A DNA stretch of 64,000 nucleotides from Spirochaetota bacterium (GTDB taxonomy: Bacteria; Spirochaetota; UBA4802; UBA5368), in assembly GCA_035477215.1 (NCBI GenBank), contig DATIKU010000049.1:70058-134057 (forward strand), given 5' to 3'. Below the pieces are notes generated by a model. It worked only from the letters and a program-made list of their open reading frames with translations, was not told the DNA's origin and made no database searches. Positions 18,246 to 31,034 of this stretch are shown one piece after another. The position numbers and the translations under genes were made by a program. The first letter of the stretch is position 1. Every line of letters starts with the position of its first letter.

Positions 18246-20156
18246 ATGCCGATTCTCTATGCGATCAGGGGCAAAAGGCTCATTTACGTGATACTCGATG
18301 CCCTCGGTGTCGCCGGCTCTTTTGCGGGCGCATATGCGCTGCTTCCCGGCTCTGCTTTCCAGGCGGGCCGTGCAGGGGTTGCGGTATGGGCGGCAATAGC
18401 CTGCGCCGCTTACCTGGCCGCGTTCTATTTATTTCAGATTTATCGTGTCATATGGCATTACTCCGATATGCGCGACATGTACCGCCTTCTGGCGGCGAAT
18501 ATAGCGGGGATGGCCGCGGCCGTGGCGGCGGCGTTCGCATTCGGCATGGAGATCGCTCCCGTATGGATCGTCCTCATGTTCCTCCTTGCGGCCGGTTTCA
18601 CCGTTCTGTATCGCGTCATCGTGCGCGACCGGCTTGGCCGGAAATCGTTCGTTCGGCCCGGTACCGGTGAAGATGGAGCGCCAAAGTCCCGGCGCAGGAT
18701 ACTCATCGTTGGTGCGGGCGATGCGGGACGAATGATTTTGTCCGAATACGCGAGGCGCGGATGGGACCGCGACATCGTCGGCTTCGCTGATGACGATTAT
18801 GCGAAGACCGGTCGGATAATCGGCGGCAAGAGGATTCTCTGCACGCTCGACGGCATGGGTCGCGTAATGCGCCGCCACGAGGTCACGGAAGCGATCGTGG
18901 CCATGCCGTCCGCCGGAACAGGGGCCATAGACAGGGCCGTTGCCATCCTGCGCCGCGAAACCCCGGACATCGTGATAAAGACCCTTCCCGTTTTCACGAA
19001 GATATTCGAAAAGTCCCTGAGCCCCGACCTGTGCGAGGTGGGGATAGCGGAACTTCTGGGTCGCGAAGAGTTCGCCGTCGACGCGGCGGCAATGCAGGAG
19101 CGGTTTGCCGGAAAGACCGTGCTGGTGACCGGAGCCGGCGGGAGCATCGGGTCCGAGCTGTGCCGACAGTTGTTGAAGTTCAGGGTCGCGCGGCTGGTCG
19201 CCGTCGGCAGGGGGGAGTTCTCCATTTACGCGCTCGCCAAAACGCTCGAGGAAGAACTGTATTATCTGGACAACGGCGCCGAGATCGCTTATCGCATCGT
19301 CGACGTAAAGGACCGCCGCATGCTCGACGGAATTTTCGAGCGCTATCGTCCCGAGATCGTCATCCACGCCGCGGCGCACAAGCACGTTCCGCTTATGGAG
19401 TTCAACGAGACCGAGGCCCTGCAGAACAACGTACTCGGGAGCCGGAACGTGTTCGACGCGGCGCACCGCTTCAAAGCGGAGGAGTGCGTGATGGTGTCGA
19501 CCGACAAAGCGGTCCGCCCGGTCAATGTGATGGGCGCGAGCAAGCGTATCGCGGAGCTCGTGGCGATGTATTATTATCTGGAAAAGGGCCTCCGTACCTC
19601 GATCGTACGTTTCGGCAATGTGATCGGGAGCCGCGGTTCGGTCATCCCGCTCTTCAGGGAGCAGATACTCAAGGGGGGGCCCGTCACCGTTACCCATCCC
19701 GAGGTGAGGCGCTATTTCATGTCCATACCCGAAGCCTCCATTCTGGTGCTGAACGCGGCGGCCTATGCCTCCGGCGGCGAGATCTTCGCCCTTGACATGG
19801 GAAAGCAGTACCGCGTGGCCGACGTGGCGCAAAGCCTTATACGGCTTTTCGGCTACGTCCCCGAACGCGACATCCGGATTGAGTATACGGGGCTTCGTCC
19901 GGGCGAGAAGCTTTACGAGGAGCTCTTCTATGATCCGGCCCGAATTTCGAGCACGGACAACGCCAGGATATTCATGCTGAACGCGCCCACGGAAGGGTAC
20001 GACAGGAGAGCGCTCGAGGCTTTCATCGCCGATACCATTCCCTCCCTCCACGGGCGCGATGCGCTCGCCATACGCGAGGCGATAAGGGCGATCGTTCCCG
20101 AATACGAGTTCGATGTCCCCGGCGTTCCCCGGGGAAGAGCGCGCCTGGTCACCTGA
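18246..20156 (+). CDS. Membrane-bound NDP-sugar 4,6-dehydratase (CapD/PglF/WbpM family).
   Basis: N-terminal TM helices followed by TVLVTGAGGSIGSELCRQ Rossmann motif; CapD family. Confidence 0.9.
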   Translation: MPILYAIRGKRLIYVILDALGVAGSFAGAYALLPGSAFQAGRAGVAVWAAIACAAYLAAFYLFQIYRVIWHYSDMRDMYRLLAANIAGMAAAVAAAFAFGMEIAPVWIVLMFLLAAGFTVLYRVIVRDRLGRKSFVRPGTGEDGAPKSRRRILIVGAGDAGRMILSEYARRGWDRDIVGFADDDYAKTGRIIGGKRILCTLDGMGRVMRRHEVTEAIVAMPSAGTGAIDRAVAILRRETPDIVIKTLPVFTKIFEKSLSPDLCEVGIAELLGREEFAVDAAAMQERFAGKTVLVTGAGGSIGSELCRQLLKFRVARLVAVGRGEFSIYALAKTLEEELYYLDNGAEIAYRIVDVKDRRMLDGIFERYRPEIVIHAAAHKHVPLMEFNETEALQNNVLGSRNVFDAAHRFKAEECVMVSTDKAVRPVNVMGASKRIAELVAMYYYLEKGLRTSIVRFGNVIGSRGSVIPLFREQILKGGPVTVTHPEVRRYFMSIPEASILVLNAAAYASGGEIFALDMGKQYRVADVAQSLIRLFGYVPERDIRIEYTGLRPGEKLYEELFYDPARISSTDNARIFMLNAPTEGYDRRALEAFIADTIPSLHGRDALAIREAIRAIVPEYEFDVPGVPRGRARLVT

Positions 20157-20240
20157 CCGCGCCGAGGGCAAACAGTAATTGACAAAAAAATAGACGGGCC
20201 GGAAGATACCGTTGGTTTTGAACGAAAAACCTTGCGGGGT

Positions 20241-23543
<3,303 letters not shown>

Positions 23544-23559
23544 AAGAACGGCGCCGGGG

Positions 23560-24510
23560 ATGGAACGCATAATCGGTACGGTCAAAGAGAAGGAGCGCAG
23601 CCCCGTCCTTGCCGTGTTCATTTCGCTTTTCTTCACCGGGCTGGGGCAGTGGTATTGCGGCGAGCCACTGCGCGCGGTGGTGCTTTTTCTGCTTCGTTTT
23701 CTTCCGATTGTTTTTATTCCATTTATTACGTTTGCAGACCGGGGAAACCATGGCCTGTTCGTCGCGGCGGCGATGATCGTCGCGAGTATCGCGGTATGGG
23801 CCGCCGCGCCCGTCGACGCGTTTTTTCTGGCTCGCCGCCGCTCGATTATACCAGGGAGGACCAACTCGCTGCCGGTGTACGCGCTCTTTGCGCTCATCAC
23901 CACGGCGCTGATCGCCGCCGCGGCGGCGATGACGGGCGCGATGTATCGTCCCCATATTCAGGGCGATGACGCCATGGAGCCGCTAATACGGAAGGGCGAC
24001 ATCCTCCTCGTCGGCCGTTTCGTGCGCGATCTGCCTCCGCCGGGAAGCGTGGTCGTGTATCGCGGCGACCGCGGTATGCTGACCGCGCGGGTCATGGCCC
24101 GGGAGAAAGACCGCGTGGCACACAGCGGCTCGATGATCGCCGTCAACGGAGACTTTTTGCTCATGGGTATCTACGGCGATATCGAGGTCCGAAAGATGGG
24201 GCTCGATAATTCGGAACAGCTTTTTTACGAGATGAACGACGGCAGGAAGTACCCGGTGAGGGCCGTCTCGGGTTCCGGCCGGCTCGCCAAATACAAGGGC
24301 GCCTCCGCCGCCGCCGGCGAGGGCCGGGTTTTCGTGGCGGACGACAATCGCCTGGGGAGGGAATGGCTCCGCAGTATAACCACCGCAGCCCTTGCAGGCC
24401 GGGTTGAGGGTGTTCTTTGGGGGGGCTCATGGCGGAGGGTGCTGGTACTGCCTTTTCTGAAAATTCAACGAAGCGCCTCGGAGATAAACACAGTAAATAT
24501 TGTTGACTAA
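23560..24510 (+). CDS. Membrane-anchored signal-peptidase-I-like protein, probably catalytically inactive (Ser to Ala).
   Basis: Start MERIIG at 23560. N-terminal TM region. SPase box B/C QGDDAMEPLIRKGDILLV with a GCC (Ala) codon where the nucleophilic Ser is expected. Box E FVADDNR. Confidence 0.55.
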   Translation: MERIIGTVKEKERSPVLAVFISLFFTGLGQWYCGEPLRAVVLFLLRFLPIVFIPFITFADRGNHGLFVAAAMIVASIAVWAAAPVDAFFLARRRSIIPGRTNSLPVYALFALITTALIAAAAAMTGAMYRPHIQGDDAMEPLIRKGDILLVGRFVRDLPPPGSVVVYRGDRGMLTARVMAREKDRVAHSGSMIAVNGDFLLMGIYGDIEVRKMGLDNSEQLFYEMNDGRKYPVRAVSGSGRLAKYKGASAAAGEGRVFVADDNRLGREWLRSITTAALAGRVEGVLWGGSWRRVLVLPFLKIQRSASEINTVNIVD

Positions 24511-24570
24511 ATAATTAAAGCCGTCAATTCTAAGCACGGCGGTTACCAAGGATCTTCACGGAGGAACGCA

Positions 24571-25539
24571 ATGGTCTTGATTACTGGGTGTAACAGCCTT
24601 CCTGGAAGAGCGCTCGCCGGCCGCCTCATGCAAAGCGGTGCACCCGTACGGGGATTCGACTTCTGGAAACTCAAGGAGACCCCCAAGACCACGGAATTTA
24701 TCGGTGGAAGCATCCTCGACTACGAGCTCGTGCTTGAGGCATGCGAAGGCGTCGATACGATATATCATCTTCTCGACATCGAGTACCCCTCCCACTACGG
24801 CCGCAGGTTCATGAAGCGGGTGAACATCAAGGGCACCGAGAACCTGCTTCGGGCCGCCCATGAGGTCGGAGTGAGCAAGATCGTCTACCTCTCATCGTCG
24901 AAAGTGTACGGATCTCCCGAGGAACTTCCCGTTAAAGAAGACGACACCCCGCGTCCCAACACCCGTTACGGCAAAGACAAGATGAAAGCCGAGAACCTGT
25001 GCAGGAAATTTGTTGATAAGGACGGGATGGATATCACCATTTTCCGCGCCGCGCCTATGACCGGCCCGGGGCTGGATGATCCGATGATCCTGATTATCCT
25101 TTACATGGCGCTGGGCATGGAGGATTCAAATCGCCTCTACATAGCGGGCGAGGGCGACTCCCGTTACCAGCTCGTCTATACCGACGACGTGGTCGATGCG
25201 CTTATCGCGGGGGCGAAGGCGCCGGTCGCGCGCGGCGGCATTTACAATCTCGGATCGGACAACGTGCCAACACAGCGAGAAGAGGTAATGAAGGTAAAGG
25301 AAAAGGCCGGCCTCGAATGCGAGGTCAAACACCTTACCCCGTTCTTCGCGAAACTCCTGTCATTTATTTTGAAGCCGCTCAACATCAATTATCTGAGGAA
25401 GGAGCACCTGCTCTTTATTCTTTCCAACTTTGTTCTCGACTGCTCAAAGGCGAAGAGGGACCTCGGCTGGATGCCCTCGAAAGACAACATCGAAATTTTT
25501 ATCGAGACGATCGACTGGTATCGGAGGGAAAAGCTGTAG
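24571..25539 (+). CDS. NAD-dependent epimerase/dehydratase family protein.
   Basis: Rossmann-type N-terminus. RBS GGAGGA. Confidence 0.8.
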   Translation: MVLITGCNSLPGRALAGRLMQSGAPVRGFDFWKLKETPKTTEFIGGSILDYELVLEACEGVDTIYHLLDIEYPSHYGRRFMKRVNIKGTENLLRAAHEVGVSKIVYLSSSKVYGSPEELPVKEDDTPRPNTRYGKDKMKAENLCRKFVDKDGMDITIFRAAPMTGPGLDDPMILIILYMALGMEDSNRLYIAGEGDSRYQLVYTDDVVDALIAGAKAPVARGGIYNLGSDNVPTQREEVMKVKEKAGLECEVKHLTPFFAKLLSFILKPLNINYLRKEHLLFILSNFVLDCSKAKRDLGWMPSKDNIEIFIETIDWYRREKL

Positions 25540-25593
25540 GTGCGCCGTTCGTTCCGGGTGTTTGACGCGCCGCCGCGGCCGCGCGGGCGGTTC

Positions 25594-27246
25594 TCAGGTT
25601 TCCTCCGCGTTTCGTCTGAATACCTTTCGGGTCAGCGCCGTTATAAGCATCCATAGCTTTACGAGGATGAGCTTCAGGAACTGCCCGACGCTCCCCTCTC
25701 CCATGTCCATGGCCAGGAGCATCCGGGCCTTCCGCATCTCTTTGGTGGTCAGGGACCGGCTCTGTAGCTGCATCTCCTTGAGCCTCTTTTTGACCTCCTT
25801 TCGTGCGAGCTTCATCGTCTCCTTGTCTTCGTCATAACCCTTCATGGCCTGTATCATCTTGAGAAGCCCCGGGTCTTCGAGCATCCTCTGCTTTATTTCC
25901 CGGACCCTGGCGTCGGCATTCCTTAATACCGGGTTCTTGTTGTTGCCCCCGTATTCCATCAGCAGCTCGAGGTACTGTCCCAGAAAATAAGCCTGCTTAT
26001 AGAGGCGCTCCCGCTCCTCCTGGGTGCGCGCCTTGAGATCGATGCGGTGGAGTTCATCGACGGCGGTCTCGATCGAATCGAGCATCTCGTCGGTGAGCTT
26101 GAAGAGCTCGTAGGGCTCGAGGTCCTTGATCTCGACGAATCGCTGCGAAACTTCCCGCAAGTCGTTGAACATCCGCTCCGAGAAATCGAGCAAATAGCGG
26201 TAGGCCCGGCGTTCCTTCGGCAGGAGCACGCTGTCGTCCGCCTCGCCCCCGGCTTTCGCCATCTTTTTCTTGATTTCCTTTATGTTGACCGAAGAGGGGT
26301 CAAAATCGATCTTCGAAAACTCGAGCGTCTTTTTCATCTCGAAGAAGTTGGGCTCGGCCAGGTCGTCGCCTATTTTGAGGACGTTGAGCTTGATGTCGGC
26401 GAGTTTGTTCTTCATCCCGTATTTGTCGATTTTGCTGATGCCGTCGGTCACCACGAGGATCTCCGCGTTGATGAGTTCCTTGTCGAAGCGGATGTCCTCA
26501 ATGGCCTGGTATACGGCCCCCTGCAGATTGGTGCTCGTTCCGCCCGTGGTGGTGAGGAGCACCTTTTCTATCAATACGGGGAAGTCCTCCTTTTTTTCGA
26601 TCTTTACGAGGTCGCCGGTCTTGGTGTCGAAGGGCCGGTAGAAAATCTTCGCGTTGCTGTTGAGTTTCCTTCGAAGGAATTCCGCCACGAGGCACTTGGA
26701 GAAAAACGAGCGCATCTTGAAGTCCATCGAACGCGAGCGGTCAAGGAGCAGGTAGAATTTCTGGTCGAAACGGTTGGCCTGCCGGCCCGATTCGTCGCGT
26801 AGCGTCGATATGGGTTTGAACGAATCGGCCCTGGTCTCGAAAAAGCGCTGCACAAGGAGCGTCCGCTTGAAGAGCTTGATGTCGAATATATCGTCATCGA
26901 GGGCGAGCTCTCTGGGAAGCGTGCGCTTGAGGTCGTAGATCGTGCGGTAGGTGTCGATGACCATGTTGTCCGACAGCGGCGATACCTTTTCCATACGGTT
27001 GACAAGGATCGTTTCATCGCGGTCGGGGGCCTCGATCTTCTCCTCCTTGGAAATGTCCTCTATGGCCAGAAGGGCCTCCGAGATGAAGTCGGGGGTGAAT
27101 ACCACGCGCGCGATCTCAAAGATCATGAAAAACTTCGCGGGGAGTATGACCTGGAGATTGTCGAAAAAGCCGAGGGAATCCCAGTACTCGATAAAGTCGA
27201 GGCTGGGGCGCTCCGGCCCTCGGATCGATGTGATCGTGCCCGTCAT
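25594..27246 (-). CDS. vWA (MIDAS) domain protein with a long helical C-terminal region.
   Basis: MIDAS DRSRSMD ... TTGGTSTNL ... ILVVTDGIS. Lies 21 nt downstream of the AAA+ gene. Confidence 0.8.
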   Translation of the reverse strand: MTGTITSIRGPERPSLDFIEYWDSLGFFDNLQVILPAKFFMIFEIARVVFTPDFISEALLAIEDISKEEKIEAPDRDETILVNRMEKVSPLSDNMVIDTYRTIYDLKRTLPRELALDDDIFDIKLFKRTLLVQRFFETRADSFKPISTLRDESGRQANRFDQKFYLLLDRSRSMDFKMRSFFSKCLVAEFLRRKLNSNAKIFYRPFDTKTGDLVKIEKKEDFPVLIEKVLLTTTGGTSTNLQGAVYQAIEDIRFDKELINAEILVVTDGISKIDKYGMKNKLADIKLNVLKIGDDLAEPNFFEMKKTLEFSKIDFDPSSVNIKEIKKKMAKAGGEADDSVLLPKERRAYRYLLDFSERMFNDLREVSQRFVEIKDLEPYELFKLTDEMLDSIETAVDELHRIDLKARTQEERERLYKQAYFLGQYLELLMEYGGNNKNPVLRNADARVREIKQRMLEDPGLLKMIQAMKGYDEDKETMKLARKEVKKRLKEMQLQSRSLTTKEMRKARMLLAMDMGEGSVGQFLKLILVKLWMLITALTRKVFRRNAEET

Positions 27247-27267
27247 GCTAACGTACCTTTAAGGCCA

Positions 27268-28764
27268 TCACAAGAGGTCTTTAAAGTCCCTGAGTATCCC
27301 TTCCTTGAGCTCGCGCACCTCTTCGACCGCCGGATTGATTTCGGAAACATTGCTCTTCAGCGTTTCAATGGTTATTTCGTCCTCGGCCCTGAAACGGGAG
27401 GGGAATATCTTTTTAAGAAGGCCCTTCAGCCCCTCGATAAGGCCCCGGGCCTCTTTAAGACGGTCGCGCTTCTCGGGGTTCTCGCGGATATCCTGGAATA
27501 TCTTGCGGATGTTCAACAAAAACTCGATCTGCTGCGTTGTGCCGGTCGCGTTGAAATGCACCAGTGTCTGCTGATAGGCATCGAGGTAGACGTCCTTCTC
27601 GGACTTGTCTTTGGCCTTCACCGAGACGAAGCTGTTAAGTGTGCACAGTGCGAGGTACATGTTCTTGACGTCGTCCATGTTGACCTCGTAGCGTCCGTCG
27701 AGAATCGCCGTCGCCCTCAGGAAGTCGGCCAGCTTGGCCTGCTTCCGCGGGCTTATGAAGAAATTGTACTCGCTCTTTCGCATATCGCTCAGGAACTTGT
27801 TGGTGATCACGTTCTTCATGAAATAGATGAAGTCGGGGATCTCGACCCTGATGTCTTTGTTTTTGTTCCGTATGATGTCGGACAGGAAGACCACCTGGTT
27901 AAAGGGAATCTTGCGGTCGGGCTCGATGGCCTTGCCCCTGCTGAACGCGTACGTGTGGTCGATGAGGAGCTGCGAGTACGAGTTGTTGTCCTCGGGGATG
28001 ATCGATTTGTAGCTGAAGCGGTCCAGGACCGCCTCGGTGACCTCGTTCATGCGCATGTAGTTGGCGGTGGCGATGGCGGTGTGTATGGCCGTGTCGATGA
28101 TCTCCGAGCCGTTAATAAACTTGCGCTCGTTCAGCACCGTAAGGAGTGAGCGGAGCACCACGTCGCTCGCGTCGAAGAACTCGTCGAGGAACACGAGGTT
28201 GGCCTCGATGATCGATCCGTGAATGTTGTGTCGGATTCTACCCTTCTTGAACTCTTCGATGTTGTAGGGGCCAAAATAGTTGTCCGGGGTCTGCTCCTTG
28301 CTCGCCTGCGTCATGAAAACTCGCACCTGATCGAAGGTGTTGAAGATGTAGTTCGCCAGGTACGACTTCGCCATGCCCGTGCGGCTCAACAATAGCATGT
28401 GCTCGCGTGTGAGAATCGCGAACATTGACTGCTGTATAATCTCCTCGCGGTCGATGACGTTTTTTGCGATCCGGTCCATGTGCCAGCGCAGGTAGTCGAT
28501 CGTTGTGGGGATGTCGAAATTTTCCTTCTGGGCGGACACGGTGAAGGGTGCGATGCCGGTCTCGGATCCGGGTTTCTTCTCGGCCTGTTCCGAGATGACA
28601 TACTTGGAAGATGACCTCTCCTCCGCGGTCCTGCCGTGCGTCTCTTCTCCGGCCGTGAGCGACTCTTCCGCGGTGAAGATATAAAATCCGTCCTTCTCGA
28701 GCCTCGATTCGACGCTGGCGAGGCTCGTTTTCTGCATGGCCTGTTCCCTGATTCGGTTGGTCAT
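27268..28764 (-). CDS. MoxR/RavA-like AAA+ ATPase with variant Walker A (SRTGMAKS).
   Basis: Colinear with E. coli RavA: LLLSRTGMAKSYLA aligns with FLLGPPGIAKSLIA, VFLDEFFDAS is Walker B, and LNERKFINGSE aligns with INERQFRNGAH. I checked the P-loop codons in the DNA. Confidence 0.8.
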   Translation of the reverse strand: MTNRIREQAMQKTSLASVESRLEKDGFYIFTAEESLTAGEETHGRTAEERSSSKYVISEQAEKKPGSETGIAPFTVSAQKENFDIPTTIDYLRWHMDRIAKNVIDREEIIQQSMFAILTREHMLLLSRTGMAKSYLANYIFNTFDQVRVFMTQASKEQTPDNYFGPYNIEEFKKGRIRHNIHGSIIEANLVFLDEFFDASDVVLRSLLTVLNERKFINGSEIIDTAIHTAIATANYMRMNEVTEAVLDRFSYKSIIPEDNNSYSQLLIDHTYAFSRGKAIEPDRKIPFNQVVFLSDIIRNKNKDIRVEIPDFIYFMKNVITNKFLSDMRKSEYNFFISPRKQAKLADFLRATAILDGRYEVNMDDVKNMYLALCTLNSFVSVKAKDKSEKDVYLDAYQQTLVHFNATGTTQQIEFLLNIRKIFQDIRENPEKRDRLKEARGLIEGLKGLLKKIFPSRFRAEDEITIETLKSNVSEINPAVEEVRELKEGILRDFKDLL

Positions 28765-28783
28765 GATAAACCCTTTTACTCTC

Positions 28784-30397
28784 TTATTCCACGATGCCCG
28801 GCAGGACGATCATAATCGCCGCCCCTTCGCCGGGTTTGCTCTTGATGGCGATAGTTCCACCATGGTTTTCGACGATGGAGTAGGAGACCATGAGGCCCAG
28901 GCCGGTCGACTTCTCTCCCTTGGTGGTGAAGAACGGCTGGAAGACCTTTTTAAGGTGTTCTCGGGGAATGCCCAGTCCCGTGTCGCTTACGGTGATGGCG
29001 GCGTACAGCGCGCCATTGTTCACCATAGAGTCGACAGTAATCCGGAGTTCCCCCTTTTCGGGCATCGCCTCCTCGGCGTTTGCGATGAGGTGAAGGAGCA
29101 CCTGCACCAGCTGGTTCCGGATGCCCCGGACTTTTACCCCGGCGTCCGGGTATTCCGTGATGACCGAGTACCCGTTTTTCTGGAGGCGGTTGAGCATGAT
29201 CTGGATGGGGTGGCTTGTGATGAGCTTGTGGGCCTCGAAGACCTCCTTGTCCGTTTCCTCCGGCTTGGAGAGGTTGAGCAGCTGTTCGCCGATCTGCTTT
29301 ATTCTGGTAAGCTCTTCCTTCATGGACTTTACATAGTCCCGCATCGGGCTGTTTTCGGAGGTGTTGTTCTCGATGAAGTTGAGGTCGATGGCGAGCAGGT
29401 TGATGGGCACCTTGAGTTCATACGCCACGCCCGCCGCGAGGAGCCCCATGGCCGAGAGCTGTTCGGCCCGCTGCATGCGTTTGCCGATGCGCGACTGCTC
29501 GGTGACGTCTTCCACCATCAGCATGACGGTCTTCACCCGCCGGTCGCTGTCGAGGATTGGATTGATCTTTATGTTAAGCGCGTGCTCGTCTTCCGGCGCG
29601 GGGGAACGCCTGTACAGTGCATTTTTGATGGCCTGCGGTTTCCTCTGGATAAAGACCTCGTCGAGCACGCGCTGAAATCCCGTCTGGGCGATGCCCTCGA
29701 GCTCGGTGAAGTTCAATCCCACTATCGACTGCCCCGGATCGAGCCCCATGATCTGTTTTACGGTGGGGTTTTCGCTCAGTATTATGCCCGTGGGATCCAT
29801 GGTGATAATGCCGATCGGTGCGTTGTTGATGATGTCTTCGTTGAGCGCAGTGAGCCGTCGCAGTTCCTCGGCCTGTTCTATCTGTTCCTTTATTTTCTCT
29901 TCAAGTCGCTTTGAGTTGATCTTCAGTTTTCGCTCCATCAGATGCATGTCGGTGATGTCTCTGAGGATGCCGAGGAGTCCCGCTATCTTTCCATCTTCCG
30001 ATCGGATGGGCGAAAGGTTGGCGAGAAAGTAAATCTCCGAGCCGTCTTTGTTGAATGTTTTGAATTTTTCGTTGAGGATTTCATTTCCGCCGATGACCGA
30101 CTTGAACACCGCGGTGGCCCATTCGATCTCGATGGCGGGGACCGCCGCGGAAAAGTGCATTCCCATGGCATCCTTCTTGTTGACCGGAAAAAAGTTCTCC
30201 CATGCCGCGTTCAGGAATATGAAGTTGCCCTGGTCGTCGAGCGCGAATATGGCGTCGGAGGCGCCCTCAATCAGGTGCTGATAATTGACCTTGGGGAAGC
30301 AGACGCCCTTCGATTGCAGCGCGTCTTTCAACTGGAGGCTCTCGACGATCCGTATGAGCTCTTCCTTAGACAACGTCTGTAGTGTTTTGGTGTCCAT
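28784..30397 (-). CDS. PAS-domain histidine-kinase-like protein with the phospho-acceptor His replaced by Tyr (DivL-like).
   Basis: Two PAS regions. H-box reads SAMGLLAAGVAYELKVPIN; codon TAT at 29420-29422 on the minus strand. N, G1 (DTGLG), F and G2 (GLGLMVS) boxes are intact. Confidence 0.85.
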   Translation of the reverse strand: MDTKTLQTLSKEELIRIVESLQLKDALQSKGVCFPKVNYQHLIEGASDAIFALDDQGNFIFLNAAWENFFPVNKKDAMGMHFSAAVPAIEIEWATAVFKSVIGGNEILNEKFKTFNKDGSEIYFLANLSPIRSEDGKIAGLLGILRDITDMHLMERKLKINSKRLEEKIKEQIEQAEELRRLTALNEDIINNAPIGIITMDPTGIILSENPTVKQIMGLDPGQSIVGLNFTELEGIAQTGFQRVLDEVFIQRKPQAIKNALYRRSPAPEDEHALNIKINPILDSDRRVKTVMLMVEDVTEQSRIGKRMQRAEQLSAMGLLAAGVAYELKVPINLLAIDLNFIENNTSENSPMRDYVKSMKEELTRIKQIGEQLLNLSKPEETDKEVFEAHKLITSHPIQIMLNRLQKNGYSVITEYPDAGVKVRGIRNQLVQVLLHLIANAEEAMPEKGELRITVDSMVNNGALYAAITVSDTGLGIPREHLKKVFQPFFTTKGEKSTGLGLMVSYSIVENHGGTIAIKSKPGEGAAIMIVLPGIVE

Positions 30398-30417
30398 AGG
30401 GTGACATGTTTCTCAAA

Positions 30418-30810
30418 TCATTGAAGTTTCTTTTTGCCCGGCATCGTCATCGTGTTGAAGAACCAGATTTCGACGATGAGGCTGAGAATCGTGCCCACAA
30501 GAAAGGCGATCGCGAAGTGCATGGTGCTCATCCTGATGATGTACAGGCCGGCGAATGCGAAAACGCCCAGGAGCGCAAGTCGCAGGGGGAAGCCCCCGAG
30601 GGTGATGGCGAGAAGAACCATGGTATTTGATTTCATTCCCTTGCGTGCTCCGAGGACCCACAGTGCGGAAAGAAGAAAGCTCAGCGCGGTTCCGACCAGG
30701 TAACCCTTGGACTCGGTGATCCCGTTAAAAAGATAGCAGGCGCCGCTTATGATGAAATTTACAATCGCGAAGATGGAAATGAGGAGGAAGGCAATCTTAA
30801 GATTCTTCAT
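30418..30810 (-). CDS. Small four-TM membrane protein; first gene of the HK-like/AAA+/vWA operon.
   Basis: 130 aa, hydrophobic. 20-nt gap to the next gene. No clear SD. Confidence 0.45.
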   Translation of the reverse strand: MKNLKIAFLLISIFAIVNFIISGACYLFNGITESKGYLVGTALSFLLSALWVLGARKGMKSNTMVLLAITLGGFPLRLALLGVFAFAGLYIIRMSTMHFAIAFLVGTILSLIVEIWFFNTMTMPGKKKLQ

Positions 30811-31034
30811 GTCGATTTCCGCAACCAGCCGTGGCGTATTTCGCTTCCATACCGGACATTAACCTACCGGATAGCGAGGAATTCGGTCAACAAATATTTT
30901 ACGGCCGGTCTGCCGACACGATGCTGACGAGTAAGTGATTGTGGACAATAAAACGCGACAGCACGGACACCGCAAAGGCGCGAGCGGTTTCTATTCCCGC
31001 GCCCCGCGGCCGCCGTGATGACCGGGCGGGCCTT

